This document shows positions 48,831 through 60,899 of a stretch of 64,000 bases of DNA, piece after piece. A program made the position numbers and the translations under genes. Position 1 is the stretch's first letter, and the number at the start of each line of letters is the position of its first letter. The stretch is from Camelus dromedarius (lineage: Eukaryota): the NCBI RefSeq assembly GCF_036321535.1, contig NC_087437.1, positions 29,204,001 through 29,268,000 on the forward strand. The letters are read 5' to 3'. The notes under the pieces are model-generated. The model saw only the letters and a list, made by a program, of their open reading frames with translations, searched no databases and had not been told where the DNA came from.

Positions 48831-49930
48831 AAACAAGGTAAGAGGAAGTGAATACCTTAGTGACATAGTCATTTTTGTGCATTTAAATATTATTAGATGT
48901 GTTTATAACTGGATGTCTAAGGGAGGAAATTAGTAACATGACAAGTCCAAGTGCACAGTTATGACAGCTCAATGACTTCTAAGTTGCTTTATTACCAAAC
49001 AAAGATAATTATTTCCATCTCAAATTTAAGTCAATTCATTAAAAAAAAAAAAACCCTAATTAGATGCTTTTTAGCCTGAGAATGATCTGAGAGCCCCTCA
49101 TTTTCTTTGGCCCAGGTTCCCCTTAACACCTCTTGCCAGAATTTAAGACTACCACTGTGCACAGATGCAAGTTCTCATTCTGAAGTCTACTCCATCCTCT
49201 TCTCTTTGGTTATTTTGTTTAGTTGCTTATACGGTTTTCTTTAGGATACCCTGCTTGGTGTTTTTTTCCCCTTCTTGTTATCATAGCAGAAATCATCAGA
49301 GTTGTAACTCCTATTTCCTAGTCCATTATTTCAGTCTATTTATTGCTGGCCATTGCCTGATCATGGTAAAACACACACACACACCCCCCCAAGTATGAGA
49401 CAGAGAATAAGATTCTGAAACACAATTGCCTTGTATACAAGCTTTCTAGGCCCTTTCTAGACTTGAATAAGCCCCAGGGAAACCTCCTGACACTACATTT
49501 GCTCATCCGAGGTCTTCATGCAGTCAGGAATCTGACTTTTTTTTTTTTAACTGCAAAAGAATCTCACCATGAACTACTTTACCACAGGCCTCTCAAGAAT
49601 GTCAGATAAGAACAGAGCGTTCCTTTCCTCTTGTAAAAATCCAAGTTTCTGGCTACTCATAAAATAAGAAACTAGGCTCTTAGCACAAAGGCACTTGATG
49701 ATTCCCCAACACAGTCCATCCTTGATTATTTAGGATGTAGGTCATGTACTTCTGAGTCTTCTGTAGTTTGTAGTTCTAGGTTGAATTTTCCCTCTTGCCC
49801 TGCATAGCTCTAAAATTAGCTCCTCTTATATTGTCTGTGGTAAGGGTTTACAAGCTTTAAAAATACTAACCTAGTAAAATAAATTAGAGAGCAAATATGT
49901 TGCCCCTAAATCGTATCAGACACTCAAAAC

Positions 49931-50375
49931 CGAAAGTAAAGTCTTCGGTGCATGGCCCAGATTCCCCTTCAGAACGAAGCTCTCCTCCTCACCTCCAGGG
50001 CCGTGGCCTGCTGAGAGCGCTCGGCAGGCAGTCTCTCCATAGGACTTGCCCTGGAGGGAAAGGAGCTGCTTTGCCAGTGTTATAAGCAGCCCACATTTCA
50101 ATGACTCTTCAATGTAGGAAGTTGCAAAACTGACCCTTAGTCGCCCTCAGCCCAGCCTCCTCCTATGCACTATTTGGGCAGGCCAGTCCAGTTTCAGAGC
50201 TCTCCGCGTGACCAGCCGGGACTTCTGTTCCAACTGCTTCCAGTTTAATTTCTCCCTCTGCCCAACGCTGCTTCCTTTACTCCCTTATGGGTGTTATTCC
50301 TCAGAATATCTCCAAAAAACCACCTGGATGCAGTTCTCCAGCTCAGGGTCGGTTTCTTGAGGAATCTCACCTCAG
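49931..50375 (+). mobile_element. 5' LTR (LTR16-like)
   Basis: GGTGCATGGCCCAGATTCCCCTTCAGAAC...GGAGCTGCTTTGCC...GCAGCCCACATTTCAATGACT...CTCAGGGTCGGTTTCTTGAGGAATCTCACCTCAGG. Confidence 0.8.
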
Positions 50376-50642
50376 GCTATTAATGCCAGGACTGAGCCTA
50401 CAAAGGAGACTCAGGTGACTCTGGAGCTGGGTCACCGACCAGTTGGCTGGGAGGAAGGACCCTGTCACTGGTGATGGGTAGATTATGGGCAGCCCCCAGC
50501 CTACTGTAGTGGTGCGACTGTTAAACTCCCACAGGCGGTAAACTGGTATGGGAGTAGGAACTACCGTAGGCATAATAAAGGTCTGGGAAGAACAGTAATG
50601 ATAAGAAAAGGAGAATCAGATGACTTATTCCATCAATGCCTT

Positions 50643-51207
50643 TGAAGGGTAGCAGAATATGCCACTCCGAAATATGATGCAGGAGTTCAGGATATGCTGC
50701 CGTAAAATACGACGCTTTAGTATATTGATTATTTTGAGCTACAGGCACTTAAGAAACAGCAAATGCAGGGAGAGGATTTCCCTGAAGTGCCCTTATTTGC
50801 CTAAAGATAGATCCTCTAAAAGGGACTCAGCTGTCACAGATCCCCTCCCTGTCTGTTCTCTCTTCCTTGTCACAGGAGAGAACAGAAGGTGACACCGCAC
50901 CCAAACTTTGTCATCAAATATGACACCTCCCATCTGTTCTTCTAAGGGTTCATTCATCTTTCCTAAAAATCCTTTAGTCTTCCCAAAGAGTCCCACATGC
51001 CCCTCCCCTTTCCCTATTAAAATGGCTCTGAAGTCTAAATTCTAACTGACCTTGGAAAATTACTCATTTTAACCTGAGTATCTCCCATATATACCATGAG
51101 TTATACATGGTAAATTTGTTGTTTTTCTTTTATTAATCTGTCTTTTATTATAGGAGTCTCAGCAAAAATTCAAAATGGTGGAGGAAAAATTATTTTTTTC
51201 TACTATA
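50643..51207 (+). mobile_element. MER34/MER39-like ERV1 solo LTR nested in the ERVL provirus
   Basis: TGAAGGGTAGCAGAATATGCCACTCCGAAATATG...TATTGATTATTTTGAGCT...TTAATCTGTCTTTTATTATAGGAGTCTCAGC...GAGGAAAAATTATTTTTTTCTACTATA. Confidence 0.8.
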
Positions 51208-51219
51208 CTCACTGGAGAA

Positions 51220-52030
51220 CGATAATGAAAGGCTGAGGGCAATATATCATCAATTTAGGACAAAATATGAAGGTTAGATAGTCTCCTTGGTGGCGATATA
51301 TATGTCTGCCTCCTGCTATGAAAGGTCAGGAAAACCTGAAGAGTTCATTGTAAGCGTAGTGGCTCTCCGGACAAAGTTGAGTTCTCTGCCCCTACAAGGC
51401 AAGTCTATGATGCTAATGTCAGATTCTGATTAGGAAGGAGTGACACCCTGAGATTTGTGATGGGGACATCTGAGTTGATACACTAAAAAAGTCTTAATTC
51501 TAGGTTTTTCTGGACAATCTGGTTCTGCATAAATGCCCACTGAAAGTTACCACTCCCTCTTTGCTTGAAAAATAGTTCAAAAGCCTTGTTTTGCAAAGCA
51601 ACATGCACCTTCCTCTCTTCTGATCTGCCGACATGTTTTCTCTTGGCCACCAGACAACAAAGACTGCAGTCAAGAGACAAGGTAATGTGGTATGGGAAGT
51701 GCTGGGCCTGTTAGGGGAGGAAAGGGACTATCCTCGGACTTAGAAAACGTGTGCTGTCAGGAGCTAGGAGGGCTGGATTCTGAGCATGCTGAGTCAAGGG
51801 GGAGAGAGTACGAAGTTGCAGAAGGGAGAAATTATTGATTTGGAAATGATACAGGACATAAGATGCTGGCAAGGACCCTGGGAATTGGTGCTAATAAGCT
51901 ACTTGTTAGCTTGTAGAAACCTGGTAAAAGGGATGGCCCTTCCTAGCTGAGCTAGAAATTCCAAACTGCCATGCAGATAGTGGAAAGAGATCCAAAGGCT
52001 TAAAGAAGTGGGCGTGATAGATAGTTTGGC
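51220..52030 (+). pseudogene. ERVL gag remnant (stops and frameshifts)
   Basis: Fragments KE*HPEICDGDI*VD (about 51435), WILSMLSQG and KLQKGEIIDL (about 51775-51845), GWPFLAELEIP and IQRLKEVG (about 51930-52015) resemble the ERVL gag motifs KEWDP..W.GD.W.D, WILRV.D.GG, KLD..EFID.G, RWPT..E.EMP and IQRLRE.GM. Confidence 0.7.
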
Positions 52031-52569
52031 TCATGGGTGGTTAATCTCCACCTTCAAGTACAAGCTCCAAGTGGACCACTGCTTTATTATAGTCCCATTC
52101 AGCCGCGGCCCTGAAAGAGGTAAGGAGTGAATATTCACGGGCAGAGCTTCAGGCATGCACCAGGATACCTGATTTATACGGAAGGAGAAATGGCCCCAGT
52201 TTAACCTGTACATGGACTTCTAATCAGTGGCATTGGGTGTGGCTGCTTGATCAGAAATTGGAAAGGAGAAAGATGGAAACTTTGGGGGAAAGGAGGCCTG
52301 AGGAAGAGGCCTAGGATGGGCCTCTGGAAGTGAGCACAGCTCGTGAAGGTCCATGGACTTGAACACCCGCCGTTCCTTTTACCATGAAAGAGGCACTGAA
52401 AGTGAGACAGACAGAACGGCTCTGTCTGCTGCTGGCAGACACGTGACAGCCAGCCTCTGCTGTCAGCAACCGCAGTGCTGGCACGAGAGCGGGAACAGAG
52501 TATCCATGATGTCAGGGATGGAAACTCTGCCTGGGTCCAGTCAGCATCGCGGACTCGGTCACTGTGGCT

Positions 52570-53075
52570 GATCTAGCTACCTACTGCTGCCCGATATCCA
52601 ACCAGCCAGCAGCAAAGAACAATACAGAGACCTGACAGGGCACCGTCTTCTAAAGAGACCAAGAAGTCACTTGGTGGCAAGTCAGTTACATCCTGAAAAA
52701 GGCAGCCATTTTTCTTTACTGAAATCAGTATATATTCCAGATATGGGTTTGAATTTCCCCCTTGTAGGGCCTCAGCCATCTCCAGTGTTTACAGAACATT
52801 GGATCCACAGACTTGGTATTGTACCTGCAGACCAAGGACCACTTTAAAGCAAAAGAGGTTGGCAGTGGACTTAAGACAACAGAATACACTATTCCTACAA
52901 CAGACCATACCACTCAAAAGGGACTAGATTTATACAGGGCGATGAAACTGCCTTTTGAAAGTATAGCTGAAACCTAAGTTTGGAGATAATACCCTGCAAA
53001 GATGGGGTGCCATCCTCAGAGTATAGGATACATCCTGAGTTAGTGACCACTATATAGCGCTGTGTCCCCAGGAGA
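52570..53075 (+). pseudogene. ERVL integrase remnant
   Basis: Frameshifted blocks ACTTGGTGGCAAGTCAGTTACAT (TWWQV.YI), ATATATTCCAGATATGGGTTTG (~DTYSGYGF) and GACCAAGGACCACTTTAAAGCAAAAGAGGT (~DQGTHF.AKEV), collinear with ERVL integrase. Confidence 0.8.
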
Positions 53076-53716
53076 CACGATGGGAAAGTTTACTATCACT
53101 CCTGACTATGATGTGCCTCTGACTACAGTGACAAGCTTTGCAGGTCCAGAGGTTCTGTTCTCAGAAGATGAATGCTTTTACCTGCAGGACTTTAAGATCT
53201 TTTTGCTTCTTAATCAACCAGCACTTTAGATTCCATGTGCCAGAGGCCAAGAAAGGAGCCGCCGTCCTGGGTGAGCTGATGGGCCCTGATGATCGGGAGT
53301 AGGTAGCACCGCCACGATGACACAGTTGGGGAGCAGGAATACCTTAGCCAGGTGATCCAGTGGGGTGTTTCTTGGTACTCCTTACCAGATGTTGACAGTA
53401 AATGGTCAAGTACCAACACCACAGTTTAAGAAGTGCATGGTCATCAGAGGATCAGAACTTTTAGGAATGAAGGCGTGCATTACCTGATTAGACCAGGGAG
53501 TGTGCTTTTTGAGACTGAAGACAACCTAGATGGGAATGGAGTAAAGAAAGGAGATGCGTATCCCAAGTTGTGTTCCCGAGACCAGCTTCAGTGGTGAGGG
53601 CTGTAGCTGCTCCCACCAACCTCCATCCTGTGCATCAGGCCAGAACCCTAGAAAAGATGATTCTAGATGGTGAACTCATATGAACCAAGTGGATCTGAAT
53701 TTTGCAAGTTCTGGAC

Positions 53717-54140
53717 TCTAGTGCATGCTGTGGTCTGCTGCCCAGATCCCCACGTTAGGACCAAGGCCCTCGTTTCCCTAGCTGCTGTGAGTGTGGTTGA
53801 TATTGGTACACAGCTGAGTCCTTCCCTAGGAATTGCCTCAAGAGATGGGAGCTGCCTTGCCCAATGTTAGGTCTCCTCCCCCATGGCTACCCACCTCTAG
53901 GAACTGCTCCTAGAGGGAGGAGGTGGTGGTGGTATAAAATTTGGGGATTCTCTGAAGAGCTATACAAGATTCAGATTGTGGGATTTGCCGAGGCCCTCGT
54001 GCGACCTCATTCAACTTCACTCTCTACTCAGCCCTGCTTCTATTATTCCCCACAGATGCTCCTCGCAAGGGGACTCTCTAATAAAATTCCTGAAGGAAAA
54101 TCTGCCTCAATTTGTTTCTTGGGGAACCCAACCTAAGACA
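53717..54140 (+). mobile_element. 3' LTR (LTR16-like)
   Basis: ATGCTGTGGTCTGCTGCCCAGATCCCC...GGAGCTGCCTTGCCCAA...AATAAA...GGGGAACCCAACCTAAGACA. Confidence 0.88.
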
Positions 54141-54950
54141 CTAGATTTGTGTTACAAAGTTGTTCAAGAGCTTCTTTAAGGCTCTTGGTCTGTGTCACTA
54201 GTTGTTTTCCAGTTTATAAGGGCACCGGTAGCATCCAGTCGTTTTTACTCTTTGCATTTCACGTAGTGTTTAAAGTCCCAGGCTTTGTACCGTTTTAAAG
54301 ATGGTTATTCTACTATGGGGTGCCAGGGACACACGCCGTGATGCCTCTCTCTCCAGCAAGGCCAGCGTGGATTTTCCTCACACCAGTGCAAGACAGAAAA
54401 ATGGGTAAGTAGCGCTTATGATATCTCAATTCATTAAAACCATTAAAAATATTTTTACAACTTTTAAACACAGACACTAGTAATTAGACATTCTATGAAC
54501 TAATGCAGCAATGAAAATGCAAGTCCTCACAGACTGAAGAGCGACAGTGGTGAAGACATGGAAGTGCTTTTTCTTATGATGGTCTGCTTTTCCTTCACTC
54601 TGAATATTGGTGTAAACCCTCTGCTAAATTTGTAAACATAAAATTCTTACTACTGGTTTCTTGAACTATGTGGAATATTTGCTTGAGGAACAAAACTTTT
54701 CAGGAATGCAAAGAGACAGACAAGACACTAAAGAGTGAAGACAGAGCTATAGGTGGCCAAGGCCCAGGGGCAGTCTTAAATACATTGTGCTTCAGCCTAA
54801 CTAGTTCTCCTTTGTCTAGAGTGAAGATCAGCAGCATACAAAACTCTAAGAAATCCATAAACAGGTTTCTTGCCTCTCTATGTGGGAAGGATGAGTGGAC
54901 AGGAAAGCACACAAAACACAGCTATCTGGGACATTTTGTACAGATTCCCC

Positions 54951-55620
54951 TTTTTTTTTTTTTTTGTTTTGACTATACTTCTATTTAAAAAGGGAGAAAA
55001 AATAATAAATAGCTGTATAGTCAGTTTACAGTGTTGTGTCAATTTCTGGTGTACAGCACAATGTTCCAGTCATCCATATACACACATATATTCCTTTTCA
55101 TGTTCTTTTTCATTATAGGTTACTACAAGATATTGAATATAGTTCCCTGTGCTATACAGAAGAAACATGTTGTTTATTTGTTTTATATATAATAGTATCT
55201 ACAAATCTTGAACTCCTAGTCTATCCCTTCCCACCTCCTTTCCCCTCTGATAACCATAAGTTTGTTTTCTGTGTCTGTGAGGCATATATCTGGAGGGAAC
55301 TCTAATTCAAAAAGACACCTGCACCCCAATGTTCATAGCAGCACTATTTACAATAGCCAAGACATGGAAACAATCCAAATGTCCATTGACAGATGACTGG
55401 ATAAAGAAGTTGTGGTATATTTATGCAATGGAATACTACTAAGCCATAAAAAGAATAAAATAATGCTATTTGCAGCAACATGCATGGACCTGGAGATCAT
55501 CATATTAAGTGAAGTAAGCCAGGAAAAGACAGAAAAATACCATATGATATCACTTATATGTGGAATCTTCAAAAAAGACACAAATGAACTTATTTATAAA
55601 ACAGAAACAGATTCATAGAC
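54951..55620 (-). mobile_element. Young LINE-1 with 5' inversion (twin priming)
   Basis: Minus-strand 3' end (poly-T at 54951, body to about 55281) is joined to the plus-strand upstream segment 55282-55622. TSD GACATTT(T/G)GTACAGATT at 54930-54946 and 55618-55634. Confidence 0.92.
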
Positions 55621-56934
55621 ATTTGGTACAGATTTCTGACATCAGCTGTCTGGCAAGGTTTGTCCTGCCCCAGGTTTCCTCTGCCCCAAGGCTCTCAGGT
55701 GGGCTTCATGACTAGACTCTGGCTGTACCTTTCTCTACTCTGCAACGTTCATATTCCTCACACACAGAGGAATACAAGGTAACTATCATCAGTGGCCCAC
55801 AATTCAAAGTAGCCCAGCCTAATTTCCTAAGTTACTTGGAAATAGATCCTCCTTTTCTTTTTGGGCTAAAATTAATTTAAACTTGGTCAAACCATGTCAG
55901 GAAAAAATTTTAAAAGTATATAAAGCTCTATTGAGAAATAACTATTGTATATACGAGAGTAGTTGAGCTTTTTTTTTTTTTTTTTTTTAAACATTGGGCT
56001 CTATAATGTTTCATGGAAATTCTGACACTCATTTTCAGGATGAAAATAAGTGGAGAATTTTGCCGGTCAGGTTTGTTGCTGTCTCCTGGTGCTGGGAACA
56101 ACTGGAGGTTCCGAGGAAGGTTCGTGCTGTTTCTACATCCATGTTGCTAAGGTGATTTTGTGGGATGAAAACACTGGCAACTGTTAATTTGTTTACAAAG
56201 GAATATGAATGAGCTTCACCTCCTACAGTCAGGAACGCTTCAGCTTCTGCCTGACTCTTTGATGCCAACTGTAGGAGGCAAGGTCATTCTCAACCAAACC
56301 ATGAACCAACTCACAAATTAAGTAAAAACCCCTTCAGTTGTTAAGATACAATTACCCTCAGCAGCCACATATACAATCTGTTAAATAGTCCCAATTAGCT
56401 AACTATTTAGAGCGCAAAGTGAAAAACAGAATACGTGTGAAACTAAGTGAAAAAAAAGATCTTGCAATTCCAAACTGAAACGCTCCTTGCTTTTCAGAGT
56501 AAGCAACTTAACCCCCAGTAAATCAAAATGGTTTAGCAAAACAGTTGGTTAGTTGGCTTTTGTGCGTGTGTGACTGTGTAGAGTAGTCCATTGTCATTTA
56601 ATCAAATAATCAGTTATTATTTGATACAACTGTGTCCTTTCGCACATCGGCGTGGGGCATGGGGCACAGAGGGTGATGATTGTCTGAGTTTACATAAATG
56701 ATACCAGAGAAACTGAGTAAGGGGCTAGAATCCCAGCAACTGTTTTCCTGTTAAGGGGCTCTGTTTCATTGCTTTGCAGTTTCCCTCAAAGCTTAGGCTT
56801 GTCTTTGTTCACAAATGCATCAGAAGCAAGGCTAATCAAGGGTTACTGATTCTGGATTATGAAAAAGCTAGCAGAAAGAATCTTAATATGATGTAAGAAA
56901 TAAAATTCTTATCGTGATCTAGGAGATTATTAGA

Positions 56935-57110
56935 AGAGGCAATATAGTGAAGTGGTTATGAATGTAAACTCCAGTGCTTCACTACCTATGTGCACTTCAT
57001 AATCCAGGGGCAAATGACTTCATTCTATGTCCTGTTTCATGCTCTGTAAAACACGAACAATGAAAGTAACTACATTATAAATGAACAGATTTAATCTGTA
57101 AATGTTAAGT
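56935..57110 (+). mobile_element. MIR SINE
   Basis: AGAGGCAATATAGTGAAGTGGTTATGAATGTAAACTC...GGGCAAATGACTTCATTCTATGTCCTGTTTCATGCTCTGTAAAA. Confidence 0.65.
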
Positions 57111-57161
57111 GGGAGAGTAAACATTATGTCAGTATTTTTTTTTTAATAATTTCAGACAGTC

Positions 57162-57365
57162 TTTTTTATTTTTTTAATTGAAGTATAGTCAGTTTACAAT
57201 GTTGTGTCAATTTCTGGTGTACAGCATAATATTTCAGTCATCCATATATATATTCCTTTTCATATTCTTTTTCACTATAGGTTACTAAAGGATACTGAAT
57301 ATAGTTCTCTGTGCTATATAGTAGGAACTTGTTTATTATTTTTAATATAGATTTAGTAGTTTGAA
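57162..57365 (-). mobile_element. Short young LINE-1 3' end
   Basis: TTTTTAATTGAAGTATAGTCAGTTTACAATGTTGTGTCAATTTCTGGTGTACAGCATAA. Confidence 0.88.
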
Positions 57366-60300
57366 TTCTTCTAGTAGTATATAAATTACCATACACTTTA
57401 TATTCCAGAACCAGAAAGTCTTTTTTTTTCTCAATATGAGAAAAGAGCATTTTATATGGTTTCAACACTAATTTCTACCAAGACCTTTTGTTCCCAACTC
57501 TAACTTCATGCTTTATCTATAGATTGACTCCTCACATTATTTGATTTGCTAGCAGCTGAGCTGTATTACCTACGGTAGATTAAAACCTAGGAAAATCCTA
57601 AAAGAGTATGGGCACTTTTCATGCCCTTGCATTGAAGCTATTTTAATTGAGGAAGGAAAGGTGGATTTATAGAATCTTAGAGTTGAAAGGAATCTTAAAA
57701 GTCAAAACTCCACCCGTTATCGGTATCCGCACTCACTCATATTTATTCTGATTTTTTAGTACATCTTAAGGGCAAGGACTGAACCTTATTTTAATTCTCT
57801 GTATCTTGCCATTGCTGTAGTGCCTGCACTGAGGCAATGCCTGTTTGGAATGGAATACATTTATTCCTCCACTAAGCACATGCTGAGTATCTAATAAATG
57901 CCAACACTTGGATAAGTTACGGTGCTATAAGGATAAACAGAAGAGCCTCTGCTCTTAAAGAAGCATGTTGTACAAAGTAACGAAGAATTATATAGTAAGC
58001 GCTAGACTAGGTGGATGGACAGAGTGTAGCAGCCTGTAAAGAACTGCAGTGCTCTCCTTAAACTCTGGGGAGGGGGAATGGCGCCCTTAGACTCACACGT
58101 GCTCTCCAACGGCCTGGTCTGTACCCTGGCAATGGCCAGTTCTACAGAACTGCACTGGGTAATCCCTAAGCATAGCTTGGCATGTAATGAGGGATTGAGA
58201 GGACTTCTGACAAGTCACCTGTCTTTTGGAGTTTTGAAATGTCCATCTAATGTTGGTAACAAGAGTCAAGGTGTGGGATGGACCAAGAAGGACAGGCTTC
58301 CTCATGCTAGGCAGGCTTGAAAGCCTGAGACTGTGGGCCTCGGAGAACTGTCCCTCAGTGTCAGCCTTAACCCCTCCTAAGTGGTCCTTCAAGGGAAGCT
58401 TGGTACCAGGAAGCGCACTCCTGAGTGAGGCAGCCCTCTCTATCATTATTTACTTCCTTGTGATTATCAATTATCAGAGCTGATCCTGCCATCTGAACAA
58501 GATAAAGGATTAAGCCCTCTGCCATATACCATACATTCAAACAAGACAGGATGTTCCAATTATTATACCCCTTCTTTTCTTAAATCTTCCCAATTCCTTC
58601 AAACTTCCCTCTTATCATAATGTCCATAGACTACATCACTCACTTTTCTCTCTCTGAGGCACTCTATTAGTCAGTAATCCTCTTAAAATTAAGGAACTTG
58701 AGACTGGACCCTCTGTGGGGCTCCACACAGTACTGAAATAGCTTTGTAGGAGGCCCATGTTGCATCTTACAGAACTGGACACAGTTTGCAGAAAGAGCAT
58801 GGAAGCATTTTGCAGACTGCCAATTCCCTTTACAAATGTACAGCATAACTAATGGGGTGTAGATTTTCTCTGGTGTTCTTTAAATCACATACATCAAAGG
58901 AGTTAAATGACTTTGTTCAGAGCCAGTGGCTCAGCAGTACCTGTAATAAGGGAAGGCAACCTTAGTTATTTCTTAATTAAGACTCTTGTAGCATAAGGAG
59001 GTGTTGGGAAATTAATTTGACAGCCTAAATTAATGTGCATTACTTTAACAATTATCTCTGATTTATTTTGGAGAAGCTAAGCAAGTATTGATTCATTTCT
59101 CCAGCCTTCTATGAGTAATCACATTCAAAGTAAACAACATCAATTATTAAGAATATGCTTTTGCATATGGTAACCAGCTTTTATACTGAAAGAGTAAACG
59201 TCAAAATGCATTAGAAGAAAACGCTTGAATTGATTTTTTGATAACTTTGAGAAAATCTCACAAAAAGCTAACTTATTTACAGTGCTGTCTTAGTTTCTTT
59301 TTACATTGCTTTTCAGGGAACTGCCACCACATTTTAGTGCTAGAGGAAACTCAAGAATCATCTGGCCTAATTCAAATAAATATGTGGAATTAAGAAAAAT
59401 GTTACAGTTGTGAAAGCTGGATATTTAGTAACCAAATTAATTTCATATCACTGGTAAAAAAATTTTAGCTGGAGCAATTAATACTTAGACATTAATACTT
59501 AATATCAAATACGTAATAATTAATACTTAGCCATTGTACAATATAATTGTGACTAAATTGTAGTCAAGGACCAATCCTGGCTGACCCTTACTAAGAAGGT
59601 GAGAGGACACAGTAGTAGGTTAATGGTCCACTTCCTCTCCAGGTAACGTCCCGATATTTGCAGTTAAGGGTCAGTTCTCTCGGGCACTAAAAACGTGTCA
59701 AAATGATTTGTTGATGTAAAATATGGTGGCAGAGTGAGTGATAAATGTGGGATTTTAAATTTCTTTCTGTACTTTTCTGTATCATCTAATTTTTTGTTGC
59801 ATTGAATATCTATTACTTATAATTTTTATTATTTGAAAAACCACATACATCAATATTTTAGAGAAATATTATTTTCTGTTTCTGATTCTCTGATAGAAAA
59901 CTAGAAGGATACAAATGACTCCCTATTAAAAGTCTAAGTAGATTACAATTTATCTAAGGATGCTTTTCATTCAGTATTTAACCCTCTGGCCTGGTAAGAG
60001 CCGCACTAAAGGTCCCCAGGTGTCAGTACCTATGATGCAACTAGAGCCTTTGCTTGACTTTTTCCTTCCGAGCCTCGTTTTCCATCTCCATTTGCAAATC
60101 AAAGAGGTAGACAGAGAAGGGGCAGCAGGCTGCTTGCAGGTCTGGTGGCTGCTGTGCACGTATCTATATATACGGAAACATTTACAACAGTGTTGTGGTG
60201 GAATTGTGGCTGATTTAATTATTGGGCTTTTTTTTTCTATCTATATATTCTATTTTTTTCCATATGGTAATGTTATTTAACGTAAAAGTCAGTGAAAATT

Positions 60301-60899
60301 CTGTAAGATATGATTGTGAGCATCCATACTATACATTGCTTATAAATAGCTTTTAAAGTAGCTGATTATTAATTATCTGCAATGTAGGAAGGATGCAAAA
60401 TTTTGGAAAAGGCTGAGATTAGTGATTTACCTGTGATAGCATAGCAAGGAAATAGAGACTTTTAAGATAATTTTTAAATAAGTATCTTTTCCTGATGTGG
60501 TTTTTTTTTTTCTTCTGATCTCTTGTATTTAGCCTTAAAAAGCTGATGCAATTCCATAAGAAACAGAAAGGGAAAGGCTGGAACCACTTAGCATTTAAGA
60601 ATAAAATGCATTACATAATGGATTCTTTCCCTCAAAACCCAACATTTGCCCATATTTTCCTCTACTTTAATAAACATCCAATGCTAAACTGCTTTGGAAG
60701 ACTTAATTTGGAATAGTAAGATTGGAGGGATTAAAAGCATATTTTGCAAGTGTAGAGTATAAACAGGAACAAAGCCGATATTGGCAAATGCTCAGGGCAG
60801 GAAAATGCAGAGGAATGACAATGACTTTTGGAAGAAATGACATCATGTGTCTTGAGGAATATTCCTTACTCTGGTTTTGATTTGTAAGCCAATCTAAAA

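Larger units (their letters stand above)
49931..54140 (+). mobile_element. Degraded ERVL provirus (LTR16 / ERV3-16A3-like) with both LTRs
   Basis: Two homologous direct LTRs (about 49931-50375 and 53717-54140) flank an internal region with gag and integrase remnants. Confidence 0.85.

Noticed and set aside
51220..53075. Domesticated (intact) gag or integrase gene
   Set aside because: Multiple stops and frameshifts fall within the conserved motifs, and no long ORF remains.
56039..56151. Exon-like segment with branch-point-like CTGAC and TTTTCAG acceptor
   Set aside because: The donors are weak (GTTTGT, GTGATT) and the peptides are unrecognised in all frames.
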